In this document: piece by piece, positions 37,335 through 48,334 of the stretch
Layout of the letters: each line of letters begins with the position of its first letter
Position numbering within the stretch: the stretch's first letter is position 1
The notes under the pieces: generated by a model
What the model was told of the DNA's origin: nothing
Database searches by the model: none
Seen by the model: the letters and a program-made list of their open reading frames with translations, nothing else
Assembly: GCA_001683985.1 (NCBI GenBank)
Contig: MAEO01000044.1
Span: 18,850 to 82,849 of the forward strand
Direction: 5' to 3'
Origin: Smithella sp. M82
GTDB taxonomy: Bacteria; Desulfobacterota; Syntrophia; Syntrophales; Smithellaceae
Length of the DNA: 64,000 nucleotides
Translations under genes and position numbers: made by a program

Positions 37335-39023
37335 TTATCCTACAGCTTTTCGGTATTCACTTACCAGCGCTTCTTTGGAAACGCCAAGATCAATGATATC
37401 CCACGGCAGAATTTCATCGAATTGCTTTTGGCGGTAAACGTAGAAATCCGGATTTACATTCACTTCTTTTAACGCCTGCGCCCAATTTTCTTCCAGACGG
37501 TTTACAGCCAGTAATAATTCACCCACCCGACGATCACCTAAAGAAAGCAGGGCCTGAATATAGTTCCACTTCGGAACGTCGTGGATAACTTTGATCTGCT
37601 TATCCTTACTAAAAGCATTCTTGATTTTTTTGATTTTTTTGCCGGCTTCATGGACATCGGCCAGCGCGCACCACTGCAAAGGTGTTTTAGGCTTTGGAAT
37701 AAATTGATTAATACTCAGCGTAATACGCCGGAACTTTTTTTTACCTTTAAAATAATGCAGGATATGGCTCTGAACTTTTTTTACAAGTTCAATTATGGCA
37801 TCGATATCTTTTTCTTCTTCTTCAGCCAGTCCCACCATAAAATAGAGCCTCAAACTGGTAATTTCTTTTTTTACCAATAATTCTATCGCATGAATTATCT
37901 CCGCTTCAGTTATGCCTTTACGCAAAAGGTCACGCATTCTCTGACTGCCCGCCTCCGGGGCAAGCGCGACCGTTTCAATGCCATTGGCTTTTATTAAATC
38001 AACAGTTTCTTCATTTATCCGGTCAATTCGCAGAGAACCAAAACCGGCCTGTGCCCTTTGTGCAATTATATGTCCACAAATATGTATCAGATCGGGATGA
38101 TCGGAAACAGCCGTACCGACAAGACCTATTTTCTTTTTTCTTTCCAATCCACGGTTAATAGAAGCAGTAATTTCAGCTTTGTTACGAAAACGCGGTGGGC
38201 AATAAACGAAACTAGCCGCACAAAAACGACAGCTTCTGGCGCAACCTCTGTTTACTTCCACCAGAAACATATCTTCCATTTCGGTTTGAGGCGCACTAAT
38301 AATTTCTTCTGTAGAAAATGAATTAATGTCTCTTACATGTTGTATTTTTATTTTGTCAGGCAAATCAACTTCACAAGGCTTTATTGACTGAATCCTGCCT
38401 TCTATAGAATAATTTACCTTATAAAGGCTGGGAACATAAATATTGCTTGTTTTTCTTTGTAGATTTTTTAGCAACTCCTGCCGTTCAAGAGCAAGAAGGC
38501 GTGCCTCTTCAAAGTAACGGCAGAACTGTGGTAACGCTTCTTCGGCTTCACCTAAAATAAACAAATCAAAGAAATCAGCCAGCGGTTCGGGATTGAGCGT
38601 AGGAGCAATACCACCACCGACAATCAAAGGATAATGCTCTGAACGATCCTTTGCCAACAAGGGTATCCCCGCAAAATCCAGCATTTTTAATATATTGGGA
38701 TAATCGTTTTCGAACGATAAAGAAAATGCCAAAATGTCAAATTCGATTATTGGTTTTTGATTTTCCAGGCTAAATATTTCTGCCGTTCCGGAAGTGTATT
38801 CGGCGTCGTTTCCGGGATCCGGCAGAAATACTCTCTCACATAGGAAGGAAGATTGCTCATTAAATATTTTATATACCGTTTGAAAGCCCAGGTTTGCCAT
38901 GCCTGTACGATAATAATTCGGGTATGCCAGACAAACCGTATTGTATGTGCCCCAAACTTTTCTTATATATCCAGTCTCTCTTTCTAGAACGGCAGCATGT
39001 TTTCTTCTAACTTTCCAATCCAT
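37335..39023 (-). CDS. B12-binding-like/radical SAM protein (TIGR03960-like), downstream of ftsZ
   Basis: LAYPNYY..GMANLG, FS..FE.DY, NPEPLADF, EVNRGCARSCRFC, APEAGS and YFMVGL. Confidence 0.82.
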   Translation of the reverse strand: MDWKVRRKHAAVLERETGYIRKVWGTYNTVCLAYPNYYRTGMANLGFQTVYKIFNEQSSFLCERVFLPDPGNDAEYTSGTAEIFSLENQKPIIEFDILAFSLSFENDYPNILKMLDFAGIPLLAKDRSEHYPLIVGGGIAPTLNPEPLADFFDLFILGEAEEALPQFCRYFEEARLLALERQELLKNLQRKTSNIYVPSLYKVNYSIEGRIQSIKPCEVDLPDKIKIQHVRDINSFSTEEIISAPQTEMEDMFLVEVNRGCARSCRFCAASFVYCPPRFRNKAEITASINRGLERKKKIGLVGTAVSDHPDLIHICGHIIAQRAQAGFGSLRIDRINEETVDLIKANGIETVALAPEAGSQRMRDLLRKGITEAEIIHAIELLVKKEITSLRLYFMVGLAEEEEKDIDAIIELVKKVQSHILHYFKGKKKFRRITLSINQFIPKPKTPLQWCALADVHEAGKKIKKIKNAFSKDKQIKVIHDVPKWNYIQALLSLGDRRVGELLLAVNRLEENWAQALKEVNVNPDFYVYRQKQFDEILPWDIIDLGVSKEALVSEYRKAVG

Positions 39024-39054
39024 TACTTCTCATGGCCTGTATCTAATAATCTTT

Positions 39055-40209
39055 CTAATCGGCCTGACGGCGTAAAAACGTCGGAACCTGTATATCGGTC
39101 ATATTGTCGGCTTCATCGCTAATATTAACATTCGTAAAATTCAGATTGTTTTGTCCCTTCCCCCGGCGTATGAAAGCAGGTGTCGATAAATCATCCCGAC
39201 GGAAACCTCCCAAATGTGTTACGTTTCCCAGTGATTCCTTTTTCTTTGATATATTATCAAAACCGGTGGCGATGACTGTGATACGAATTTCATCCTTCAT
39301 ATTCTGATCAATTACAGTTCCGAAAATAATATTCGCTTCTTCATCTGCTTCTTCTTGAATCAACGACGAAGCTTCATTAACCTCACAAAGGCTCATATCC
39401 GGTCCACCTGTAATATTGAGCAAAATTCCCCGTGCGCCCTGGATGGTATTGTTTTCCAACAAAGGAGATGAAATCGCTTTCTGGGCTGCTTCTACCGCCC
39501 GGTTTTCGCCGCTTGCCGCGCCTGTACCCATAATGGCTATGCCCATGTTGGTCATGACACTCTTTACATCGGCAAAATCAAGGTTGATCAGTCCCGGAAC
39601 CAGTATCAGATCCGATATGCCTTTAACCGCCTGATAAAGAATATCATCCGCCTTTTTGAACGCTTCCAAAAGCGACAAATTGCGGCCACCCAAACTTAGA
39701 AGTCGTTGGTTGGGAACAACAATAAGCGTATCTACAATATCCCGCAATTGTGCGATACCCTCTTCAGCCTGAATATTACGTTTTTTACCTTCAAACTGGA
39801 AAGGTTTGGTAACTACAGCAATGGTCAGAATGCTGCATTCACGGGCTATCTCCGCAATCACAGGGGCCGCGCCTGTTCCGGTTCCTCCTCCCATCCCGGC
39901 GGTGATAAAAATCATGTCCGCACCTTCCAGAAACGGCCTGATTTCATCGCGCGATTCCAGCGCCGCCTGTTTGCCGATTTCAGGATTGGAACCGGCTCCC
40001 AGACCTTTCGTTATCTGTGAACCGATTTGAAGCTTAATTGGCGCATTGGACACGCCGAGTGCCTGCGCGTCCGTATTGGCGTTGATGAAATCGACTCCTC
40101 CCAGAGACGACGCAATCATTGTATTAACGGCGTTTCCGCCGCCGCCGCCTACGCCGATCACCTTTATTTTCGCCAAATTTTCACTGCATACTTCTGTTAA
40201 TTCAAACAT
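39055..40209 (-). CDS. ftsZ: Cell division protein FtsZ
   Basis: [18 protein letters not shown] tubulin signature, NLDFAD and C-terminal PTFLRRQAD. Confidence 0.98.
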   Translation of the reverse strand: MFELTEVCSENLAKIKVIGVGGGGGNAVNTMIASSLGGVDFINANTDAQALGVSNAPIKLQIGSQITKGLGAGSNPEIGKQAALESRDEIRPFLEGADMIFITAGMGGGTGTGAAPVIAEIARECSILTIAVVTKPFQFEGKKRNIQAEEGIAQLRDIVDTLIVVPNQRLLSLGGRNLSLLEAFKKADDILYQAVKGISDLILVPGLINLDFADVKSVMTNMGIAIMGTGAASGENRAVEAAQKAISSPLLENNTIQGARGILLNITGGPDMSLCEVNEASSLIQEEADEEANIIFGTVIDQNMKDEIRITVIATGFDNISKKKESLGNVTHLGGFRRDDLSTPAFIRRGKGQNNLNFTNVNISDEADNMTDIQVPTFLRRQAD

Positions 40210-40224
40210 GTTCTCTCCTTCCTT

Positions 40225-41451
40225 TCAAAAAAATTCTGAAAACATTTTTTTTGCCGTTCTTATCATTTTACCAAAAACATTCGTTGTATTTCTGTAGATC
40301 GAATCACCGCCCAACTGATTATTTCCATATATAATTAAACCGACACCTATAGCATGTGCCGGTGAATTTACTATATCGGAAAGACCTCCTATACCGATAG
40401 GAATGCCTTTGCGAGCCGGCATATCAAAGATTTGTTCGGCAAGTTCGGTAATGCCGTACAAAAGCGACGTTCCTCCGGTCAAAACAACTCCGGCTGCCAG
40501 TAAATCTTCGAAACCGAAACGGACAACTTCCTTGTAAGCAAGATTTAAAATTTCCTCCATTCTCGGCTCTATTATTCGCCCCAGTATCTGACGCGATACT
40601 TCACGGTCTTCTCTGCCGCCCAAACTGGGCACATTGATGGTTTCATCCTTGGGAATCATGGAAGTCAGGGCACATCCGTATTTCAGTTTAATCTTTTCAG
40701 CATCGCCCAGCGGTGTTCGTAACCCGGTGGAAATATCCGATGTAAGATAATTTCCGCCAACCGGTAAAATCGCCGTATGCTTGATGCTGCCTTCAGAAAA
40801 AATCGTAACAGAAGTATTGGCTCCGCCAATATCAAGAAGAACTACTCCCAAATCTTTTTCATCGGAACTTAACACTGCCTCCCCTGCTGCCAATTGTTCC
40901 AGGACAACATCATCAATATCCAAACCTACTCTGTTGACGGATTTTACAATGTCCTGAATAGCCGAAGTAGCTCCGGTAACAATATGTACTTTAGCTTCCA
41001 GTCGAACACCGGACATTCCTATGGGATCTTTAATTCCCTCCTGACCGTCAATCACATAACTCTGCGGAAGAATGTGCATGATTTCCCTGCCAACGGGAAT
41101 AGCAATGGCTTTGGCAGCTTCGATTGCTCTTTGTACATCGCTTTCGCTAACTTCCCTGCCTTTTATGGAGACTATACTCAACGAATTCTGTCCTTTAATA
41201 TGACTGCCGGATATCCCGACGTAGACAGAATTGATGCGGCATCCGGACATGTGTTCAGCTTCATCCACCGCTGTTTTTATTGATTCCACCATGCCGTCAA
41301 TATTGACAACAGTTCCCTTCCTTATTTCCTTGGTCAGAGATGTTCCGACACCGATTATGTTAACGCCGGGTTCGGCAACCTCTCCTACAATAGCCGTGGT
41401 TTTTGTCGATCCGATGTCGAGTCCAACTATGACATTGCTTCTTTTTCCCAT
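40225..41451 (-). CDS. ftsA: Cell division protein FtsA
   Basis: GLDIGSTK, GMSGVRLE, DIGG and VLTGG. ATG 41451 (alternative GTG 41463). Confidence 0.96.
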   Translation of the reverse strand: MGKRSNVIVGLDIGSTKTTAIVGEVAEPGVNIIGVGTSLTKEIRKGTVVNIDGMVESIKTAVDEAEHMSGCRINSVYVGISGSHIKGQNSLSIVSIKGREVSESDVQRAIEAAKAIAIPVGREIMHILPQSYVIDGQEGIKDPIGMSGVRLEAKVHIVTGATSAIQDIVKSVNRVGLDIDDVVLEQLAAGEAVLSSDEKDLGVVLLDIGGANTSVTIFSEGSIKHTAILPVGGNYLTSDISTGLRTPLGDAEKIKLKYGCALTSMIPKDETINVPSLGGREDREVSRQILGRIIEPRMEEILNLAYKEVVRFGFEDLLAAGVVLTGGTSLLYGITELAEQIFDMPARKGIPIGIGGLSDIVNSPAHAIGVGLIIYGNNQLGGDSIYRNTTNVFGKMIRTAKKMFSEFF

Positions 41452-41500
41452 CAGCCCTCTCACCTCATTTTAAATTTTACCATTTAAAAAACTTTTCTCT

Positions 41501-42355
41501 TCATATCAGATACTGCTGACCTTTAATGTTCTGCTCTATGCGGCCAGGAATACTCTTACGTTGTATTGTAACCTTCGATTCATCAGATAAATCTATGCAC
41601 AAATAGCCGCTTTTTATTCCTCGTCTTTCCAAATCCGCCATAATCATAGTTAATTGTCCCAGCTTTTTTTCGAAATCTCCTTTGCCCAGCTTCAAATAAA
41701 GGCCTGTACCGGAAATTAAGGATAATCCAAACACATCATCAATATGAATCTCGGAAATTGTACCAAGGTAAGCGTATTTACTGGAATCCGCTATAGTCTT
41801 CAATAATTTAAGTGAACTTAAAAAAAGCGGGGATTTAGTTTTATCTTTCACTGTGACACCTATAAATATCGGAAGATCTACTTCATCGCTTTTAGCCAGT
41901 CTTTTAAATACAAAACCTTCCCCGTCCATCAAATAAAAACCATTAGACTGTTTGACTAAAGCCAATGGATTCCTTTCTTCCACTTCCAGAACAAGTTTGT
42001 TCGGCAGTTCCCTGCCAACATAAACATTTTTCACCCATTGATTTGAAGTAACCCTGCGCACTACGGCATCCGTATTTATCGCCAATAGATTTTGTGCAGG
42101 TTTTATGTCCGCTAACTCCAGGACATCCTTTTCTGTCAGTTCCTTTACACCACGTACGGAAATTTCTTTTATTTCAAAATATGATCTGCTTATAATGAAA
42201 CTGTAAGCGTAAACAAAGAAAGTGGTCAGAACTGTGACGGCTGACAATACACCAACAGCGGTAAAAAAATCTCCCGACATACCGACAAGACGTCGTCGCA
42301 CCCGGTTTTTTTTCGCTTTCAAACCCGATTTTTTCAAATTAATTTTCTCCAACAA
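41501..42355 (-). CDS. ftsQ: Cell division protein FtsQ/DivIB
   Basis: Basic N-terminus, TM, POTRA domain (WVKNV.V.RELP..L...VEER); dcw position. Confidence 0.88.
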   Translation of the reverse strand: MLEKINLKKSGLKAKKNRVRRRLVGMSGDFFTAVGVLSAVTVLTTFFVYAYSFIISRSYFEIKEISVRGVKELTEKDVLELADIKPAQNLLAINTDAVVRRVTSNQWVKNVYVGRELPNKLVLEVEERNPLALVKQSNGFYLMDGEGFVFKRLAKSDEVDLPIFIGVTVKDKTKSPLFLSSLKLLKTIADSSKYAYLGTISEIHIDDVFGLSLISGTGLYLKLGKGDFEKKLGQLTMIMADLERRGIKSGYLCIDLSDESKVTIQRKSIPGRIEQNIKGQQYLI

Positions 42356-43262
42356 TCACTACTTCTGTTTCCAATTTCACACCCTTTTCTTTTTCGGCTT
42401 TTGATTGAATAAGCGCAATCAGTTCCAAAACATCGGAAGCCGACGCACTACCTCTGTTAACAATAAAATTGGCGTGCTTCGTCGATATTTGCGCGCCTCC
42501 CACACTCATTCCTTTCATTCCCATGTCTTCAATAAGTTTGCCGGCTATTTGCATGGGCAAATTTTTAAAAACGGATCCGGCATTAGGAAATTCCAAGGGA
42601 TGTTTTTTCTGTCGCCATTGCAGAATTTCATTTATTTTTTTCTTAATCTTCTCGCGTTCGCCTTTTTTCAGCTTGAATTGGGCACCCAGTATTATTGTGT
42701 CGGGAGGCAACAATGTCCTACGGTAGCTGAAAGATATTTCTTCTCTCTTCATTGTTTTGATTCCCTCTTCAGGATCAAGCAAATATATTGCTTTTATAAC
42801 GTCTTTCATCTCTTTCCCGTAAGCTCCGGCATTCATCCATAGGGCGCCGCCCACAGTACCAGGAATCCCGGCGCAGAATTCCAGCCCTGTTAGTTCATTC
42901 GACACCGACATGTTGACAACCTTTACCAATGCCGCACCTGCCTGAGCAGAAATAAGATAACCGACTTCCGGTGTATATTCGTAACTTATTTTTTTCATCC
43001 CGGTCATCAGCAAAATCGCTCCCCGGTATCCGCCATCCCGCACAATAATATTGGTCAGATTACCTACCGGCAAAAAATTAATTTCTTTTTCTTTAAGCTT
43101 TTTTATAATCTCAACCAGTTGATTCTCACTTTTTATTAATACGAGAGCATCGGCATTCCCGCCAACAGCGAGTGATGTGTGTTGTGACATCGGCTCATCG
43201 TATAATATTTCCCCGGCTACTACATCGCTCAGAGCTTTTTTGATTTCATTTTTGCCGGTCAT
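42339..43262 (-). CDS. murB: UDP-N-acetylenolpyruvoylglucosamine reductase
   Basis: HTS..VGG, GIPGTVGGA..MNAGAYG, GSVFKN, KHANF and LETE. Confidence 0.95.
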   Translation of the reverse strand: MTGKNEIKKALSDVVAGEILYDEPMSQHTSLAVGGNADALVLIKSENQLVEIIKKLKEKEINFLPVGNLTNIIVRDGGYRGAILLMTGMKKISYEYTPEVGYLISAQAGAALVKVVNMSVSNELTGLEFCAGIPGTVGGALWMNAGAYGKEMKDVIKAIYLLDPEEGIKTMKREEISFSYRRTLLPPDTIILGAQFKLKKGEREKIKKKINEILQWRQKKHPLEFPNAGSVFKNLPMQIAGKLIEDMGMKGMSVGGAQISTKHANFIVNRGSASASDVLELIALIQSKAEKEKGVKLETEVVIVGEN

Positions 43263-44673
43263 TCTTTTTTATTTTCCTTATCCTCAATTGTTTTAAGAAA
43301 TTTTCGCCAATTTTATAAATACTGCCTGCTCCCAGAGTCAAAACAACGTCTTTTTCTTTTACTGTCTTTAATAAGTATTTAATAATACTTTCCGCCTGCG
43401 AAATATATTTGACATGCTGTTGTCCGGTTTGTCTGATCGCTTCGCAAAGCGCTGCGGAATTAATTCCTGCAACAGGCTCCTCACTGGCCGGATATATGTC
43501 GTTTATAATTAACATGTCGACATTCCTGAACGCTTTGGTAAACTCATCAAAGAGAGCCTTTGTCCTGCTATACCTGTGCGGCTGAAAAACTACAATTAGC
43601 CTGCCTTTCCATATTTGACGTATAGCAGCCAGTGTCTCTTTGATTTCGGTCGGATGATGACCATAATCATCAACCACTGTGATATCATTTACTTTTCCTT
43701 TAACTTCCAGGCGGCGCTGCACTCCCGAAAAACGTTGCAAACCTTTCTTGATTGTTGCAAAATCAAGATTCAATTCACGTGCTACCGCTATTGCCGCCAA
43801 TGAATTATAAACATTAAACATACCCGGAACGGTTAATTCGATTTTGCCTAAAATCGTTCCTTTATACGCAAGCGTGTAACTTGTTTTTTTCTTCAAAAAT
43901 TTTATTTCTCTGGCGCTATAGTCCGCCGGTGATTCAATGCCGTAAGTTATAACCCTACGCTTAATCAATGGAGTAATTTCCTGCGCGTGAATATTATCGT
44001 TGCAAATAACCGTGCACCCGTAAAAGGGAACGATATTGGCAAATTTTAGAAACGCTTCTTTGATTTCAGCAATGTCTGCATAAAAATCCAAATGTTCACG
44101 GTCGATATTTGTAATTACGGCAATTGTAGGCGACAATTTTAAGAATGATCCGTCACTTTCATCCGCTTCCGCCACAATAACCTCTCCATCGCCTAATCGG
44201 GCATTGCTGCCGATGCCGGCCAGTTTTCCTCCGATAACCATTGTCGGATCCAGGCCACCTCGTGCCAGGATCATAGAAATCATTGAGGTCGTCGTAGTTT
44301 TGCCGTGACTACCGGAAATAGCGACAGAAAATTTCATTTTGAGTAGCTCCGCCAGCATTTCCGCCCGCGGAATTACCGGAATACCTCTTCTGTGCGCTTC
44401 CATAACTTCCGGGTTATTTGTCTTTACCGCTGTAGAAGTCACAACTACATCGGCATTGCCGATGTTTTCCGCAGCATGCCCTATGACCACATGCGCGCCA
44501 AGTTTTTGCAATCGTTTCGTCGTTTCCGAACGCTGAATGTCTGATCCGCTTATGTTGTAACCGAGATTAACAAGAACCTCGGCAATCCCGCTCATACCGA
44601 TGCCCCCAATTCCCACAAAATGGATGCATTTTATTTTGTGTTGCATTGAACTGTTTCTTTTATCTGATTTCAT
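43246..44673 (-). CDS. murC: UDP-N-acetylmuramate-L-alanine ligase
   Basis: HFVGIGGIGMSG, GSHGKTTTT, EADESD, DDYGHHPTE and FQPHRYSR. Confidence 0.97.
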   Translation of the reverse strand: MKSDKRNSSMQHKIKCIHFVGIGGIGMSGIAEVLVNLGYNISGSDIQRSETTKRLQKLGAHVVIGHAAENIGNADVVVTSTAVKTNNPEVMEAHRRGIPVIPRAEMLAELLKMKFSVAISGSHGKTTTTSMISMILARGGLDPTMVIGGKLAGIGSNARLGDGEVIVAEADESDGSFLKLSPTIAVITNIDREHLDFYADIAEIKEAFLKFANIVPFYGCTVICNDNIHAQEITPLIKRRVITYGIESPADYSAREIKFLKKKTSYTLAYKGTILGKIELTVPGMFNVYNSLAAIAVARELNLDFATIKKGLQRFSGVQRRLEVKGKVNDITVVDDYGHHPTEIKETLAAIRQIWKGRLIVVFQPHRYSRTKALFDEFTKAFRNVDMLIINDIYPASEEPVAGINSAALCEAIRQTGQQHVKYISQAESIIKYLLKTVKEKDVVLTLGAGSIYKIGENFLKQLRIRKIKKNDRQK

Positions 44674-44691
44674 TTACACTGCCATTTTTTC

Positions 44692-45822
44692 TCAATTTTT
44701 ATGAACCCCTGATAAATTTATTTTTTTCAGGATCAATTTAATACAGTTATCAACTATTGTTTTTGCCGCATCAATCTTGCTTAACTTTAATGAATTTTCT
44801 TCCATCTGACGCAGTTTTTGCTCATTTCGCAACAGTTCTTCAATCACATCAAATAATTTGCCGCCAATAAGTTCCTTTTCCTGAATCAGGATAGCCGCGC
44901 CTCCGGAAGCCATAGCTTCTGCGTTTTTCAATTGGTGATCATTCGCCGCCCGGGGATACGGAATTAAAATTGCTGCTTTGCCCGCTGCTGTAATTTCCGC
45001 AAGTGATGTTGCGCCGGCACGACAAATAATTAAATCTGCAGACGCATAAGCAGCGGCCATATCAACAATAAACGGTTCTACCTTTGCTTGAATTCCAAAT
45101 TGTTCATAAGCCTTTGTTACTTCTTCCAGTTGCCTTGTCCCTGTTTGATGCACAACGTGAATCTCTTTTTTTATACCCTGCAATCGAGGCAGCATATCAA
45201 TGATGCCGTTATTAATTGCTTCAGCACCCTGCGATCCGCCGAAAACCAGCAACTGTCGATAATCTTTTTCCCCTTTTCCCTCATGGCGTTTCGCAGTAAG
45301 TACAGCCCTAACTGGATTACCGCTGACAACAACCTTTGTTTGAGGAAAAAATGTCTGTGTTTGCGAATATGTTACGAATATTTTATCGGCAAAATAACCC
45401 AGAATTTTATTGGTAATTCCCGGGATGGCATTCTGCTCCGCAATTGCTGTGGGTATACCCATGAAGTGAGCAGCGAGCACTGCAGGTCCTGAAGCATAGC
45501 CGCCCACACCCACTACAATATCTGGACGAAACTGCTTCAAAATTTGCCTTGATTGCCACATGCTTAGTGGAATCTGATAAGCGCCTCTTATCAATGCTTT
45601 GCCTCCCCGTCCTTTTACTCCTTCAACATCAATTATCCTGAGTTCATAACCAAGCCGGCCAAGCAGTTTGCTTTCAATGCCTCTCTTTGTTCCAATGAAA
45701 ATAATACCTGTTCTACTATCTCTTCTCAAAAATTCTTCAGCTATGGCAATGCCAGGGAACAGGTGGCCCCCTGTTCCTCCTCCCGCAATTGCAACGTGCC
45801 TTTCTGCTTCAGACAAATTCAA
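44692..45822 (-). CDS. murG: MurG glycosyltransferase
   Basis: GGGTGGH, GGYAS, EQN, GNPVR, GGSQGA, RAGA and HQ..NA. Confidence 0.97.
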   Translation of the reverse strand: MNLSEAERHVAIAGGGTGGHLFPGIAIAEEFLRRDSRTGIIFIGTKRGIESKLLGRLGYELRIIDVEGVKGRGGKALIRGAYQIPLSMWQSRQILKQFRPDIVVGVGGYASGPAVLAAHFMGIPTAIAEQNAIPGITNKILGYFADKIFVTYSQTQTFFPQTKVVVSGNPVRAVLTAKRHEGKGEKDYRQLLVFGGSQGAEAINNGIIDMLPRLQGIKKEIHVVHQTGTRQLEEVTKAYEQFGIQAKVEPFIVDMAAAYASADLIICRAGATSLAEITAAGKAAILIPYPRAANDHQLKNAEAMASGGAAILIQEKELIGGKLFDVIEELLRNEQKLRQMEENSLKLSKIDAAKTIVDNCIKLILKKINLSGVHKN

Positions 45823-45875
45823 ACCCCTTTTAACTTTTTTTCAGCAAACAGCTGAGCTTCCTCAACTTTCTTTCA

Positions 45876-46982
45876 TCAGGTCTGGCTGGAAATATTCAAC
45901 AAAATACCCACTGCCGTCATAGTCATGATCAATGCAGTACCGCCATAACTCAAAAAAGGCAGCACTAATCCTTTCAGCGGTATAAGTCCCATCACTCCTG
46001 CAATATTTATGAATGCTTCCATTGCAATTACCATGGTCAATCCGGCAGCCAACAATGTCCCGAAAAGATCGGGCGCCTTCAATGCAATCATAAAACCGCG
46101 AAAGGCAAAAACAGCAAACATGACTATTACAATAGTCACTCCAATAAAACCGCTTTCCTCCGCAATAATAGAAAGAATAAAATCGGTATGCGGTTCGGGT
46201 AAATAAAATAATTTTTGCATACCGTCTCCTATTCCGACGCCAAAAGTTCCACCGGAACCGAAAGAAAGCAGCGATTGAATAATCTGAAAACCAGTATTAT
46301 TGGCATCTTTCCACGGGTCTAAAAAAGCAGTCAATCGGGTCAACCGGTATTCCTTATATAGAATCAAAGCCACGCCGACCGGTATAAAAGCCGCCACCAA
46401 AAAGGATAGATGCTTTATCCGAGCTCCGGCTATAAAAAGCATTAAGAGTAAGATTGCGGCAATAATCACGGCCGTACCGAAATCGGGTTCCAGCAAAATC
46501 AGCAAAATAGCAATAGAAGGAACAGATAAAGGAACCAGAACTCCTTTGCTGAAATCCTTCAGTTGATGAGCCTTTCTGGTCAACAAGTGCGCCAGAAAAA
46601 TAACTATTGTAATTTTTACCAATTCAGTCACCTGAAAGGAAAAACCTCCCAAATTCAGCCAGCGAGTCGCTCCCCCACGTCTCAGTCCCAGATTCGGCAC
46701 CAGCAGGAGCGAAAGCAAAACAAAAGATAATAACATCCCCGGATAGGCCCATTTCTTTAACTGCGAGTAAGGAGTTCTGGTCATAATAATCATGGCAGCC
46801 ATGCCCACAAATACAAAAAAAAGCTGTTTTTTCAAAAAATATTGTCCATCTTTAAACTTTTCCAGCGCAATAATGGAACTGGATGAATAAATCATCGTCG
46901 TGCCCACAGTCACTAAAATCAAAGTAACTAACAGCAAAATAATGTCCGGAAATTTATCTTCATTTTTGAACGCAGCATCCAT
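45876..46982 (-). CDS. ftsW: Peptidoglycan polymerase FtsW
   Basis: GATRW, FQ..E..K, EPDFGT, FLDPW, LPEPHTDFI and PFLSYGG. Confidence 0.96.
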   Translation of the reverse strand: MDAAFKNEDKFPDIILLLVTLILVTVGTTMIYSSSSIIALEKFKDGQYFLKKQLFFVFVGMAAMIIMTRTPYSQLKKWAYPGMLLSFVLLSLLLVPNLGLRRGGATRWLNLGGFSFQVTELVKITIVIFLAHLLTRKAHQLKDFSKGVLVPLSVPSIAILLILLEPDFGTAVIIAAILLLMLFIAGARIKHLSFLVAAFIPVGVALILYKEYRLTRLTAFLDPWKDANNTGFQIIQSLLSFGSGGTFGVGIGDGMQKLFYLPEPHTDFILSIIAEESGFIGVTIVIVMFAVFAFRGFMIALKAPDLFGTLLAAGLTMVIAMEAFINIAGVMGLIPLKGLVLPFLSYGGTALIMTMTAVGILLNISSQT

Positions 46983-46983
46983 T

Positions 46984-48327
46984 TTAAAGATTTCTTACTA
47001 CCTCCTTAAAGAAATTGCCCCGTTCTTTATAATTGGCAAATTCATCAAAGCTGGCGCAACCCGGTGATAGTAAAATTACATCGCCGGGTTGCGCATTTTT
47101 ATACGCGGTTTCAACAGCCTCCTTTAATTTAGCTTCTTTCAATATCGGCACATTATTACCAATCAAAGACACAATACGATCACGTGCTTCGCCAAACAGT
47201 ATTACCTTTTTTGCTTTTGTCGGCAGCACTGGTTTTAAAGTTTCAAAATCACCTTCTTTATCGCGACCGCCCATAAGCAGAACTACGGGCTTATCAAATG
47301 TTTCCAGCGCCCTCAAAACGGAGCCGACATTTGTTCCTTTAGAATCATCGTAAAACTTGACTGAGTTCTTCTCCCCGGCAAATTCAATCCGATGCGGCAG
47401 CCCACGGAAAGCGGTAATCGCATCAATGATAGTCTCCCTTGCGCAACCGCAGAAACGCGCTGCCATTATAGAAGCCATGATGTTTTCCACATTATGTAAT
47501 CCGGGAATCGAAATAATGCCAAGAGGATATTGTTCTTCTTCTCTTTCCGGCATTTTAAAAATTATTTTGTCGCTTTTAACGAATATCCCCTCTTGCAGGA
47601 TTTTCCTTGAACTAAATCCGGCAACTCTTGACAAGATGCTTCTGGATATTTCTTGCTGCGCCGGATCAGCGGCATTCAGAATCGCAAAATCATTTTTTGT
47701 TTGATTTGCAAATATATTGAACTTAATACGCCGATATTCCTCAAAAGAACCGTGATAATCAATATGATCACTGGTAATATTCAGAAGCGCCGCAATAAAC
47801 GGCCGGAATTTTCTTATCCATTGAAGCTGGAAACTGCTGATTTCAGCAACAACAAATTCCGCTTCCTGCAAACTGCCGGCATATTCAATTAAGGGATTGC
47901 CAATATTTCCACCCACAAAAGTTTTCCTGCCCGAACTTTTCAGAATTTCACCCAGTAATGTCGTTACCGTCGTTTTACCATTGGTGCCGGTTACAGCAAT
48001 CATAGGAGTTTTTATAAACCTGTAAGCCAGTTCAATTTCGCTGACAACAGGTATATTCTTTCTCAGCGCATCAACCAGTAATTCATTGTAAGGAGGCACA
48101 CCGGGAGAAGGAATAACCATATCCGCATCTTTTAGAATGTTTTTGTTATAGTTTCCGACTTCCAGCCATTTTGCTTTGGCAATTCCTTTAAAACCTTCGC
48201 CCCATTGATCAGATGATTTTTCATCTGTAACCGATACTTTTACACCTCTTTCCCCCAGAAAGCCGGCAACAGCAATGCCTGTTTTACCCATGCCGATTAC
48301 AACTATTTTTTTACCGTTAAAATCCAT
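46984..48327 (-). CDS. murD: UDP-MurNAc-L-Ala-D-glutamate ligase
   Basis: SPG, TGTNGKTT, EISSFQL, DDSKGTN and LSPGCASFD. Confidence 0.97.
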   Translation of the reverse strand: MDFNGKKIVVIGMGKTGIAVAGFLGERGVKVSVTDEKSSDQWGEGFKGIAKAKWLEVGNYNKNILKDADMVIPSPGVPPYNELLVDALRKNIPVVSEIELAYRFIKTPMIAVTGTNGKTTVTTLLGEILKSSGRKTFVGGNIGNPLIEYAGSLQEAEFVVAEISSFQLQWIRKFRPFIAALLNITSDHIDYHGSFEEYRRIKFNIFANQTKNDFAILNAADPAQQEISRSILSRVAGFSSRKILQEGIFVKSDKIIFKMPEREEEQYPLGIISIPGLHNVENIMASIMAARFCGCARETIIDAITAFRGLPHRIEFAGEKNSVKFYDDSKGTNVGSVLRALETFDKPVVLLMGGRDKEGDFETLKPVLPTKAKKVILFGEARDRIVSLIGNNVPILKEAKLKEAVETAYKNAQPGDVILLSPGCASFDEFANYKERGNFFKEVVRNL

Positions 48328-48334
48328 GGGTCAT

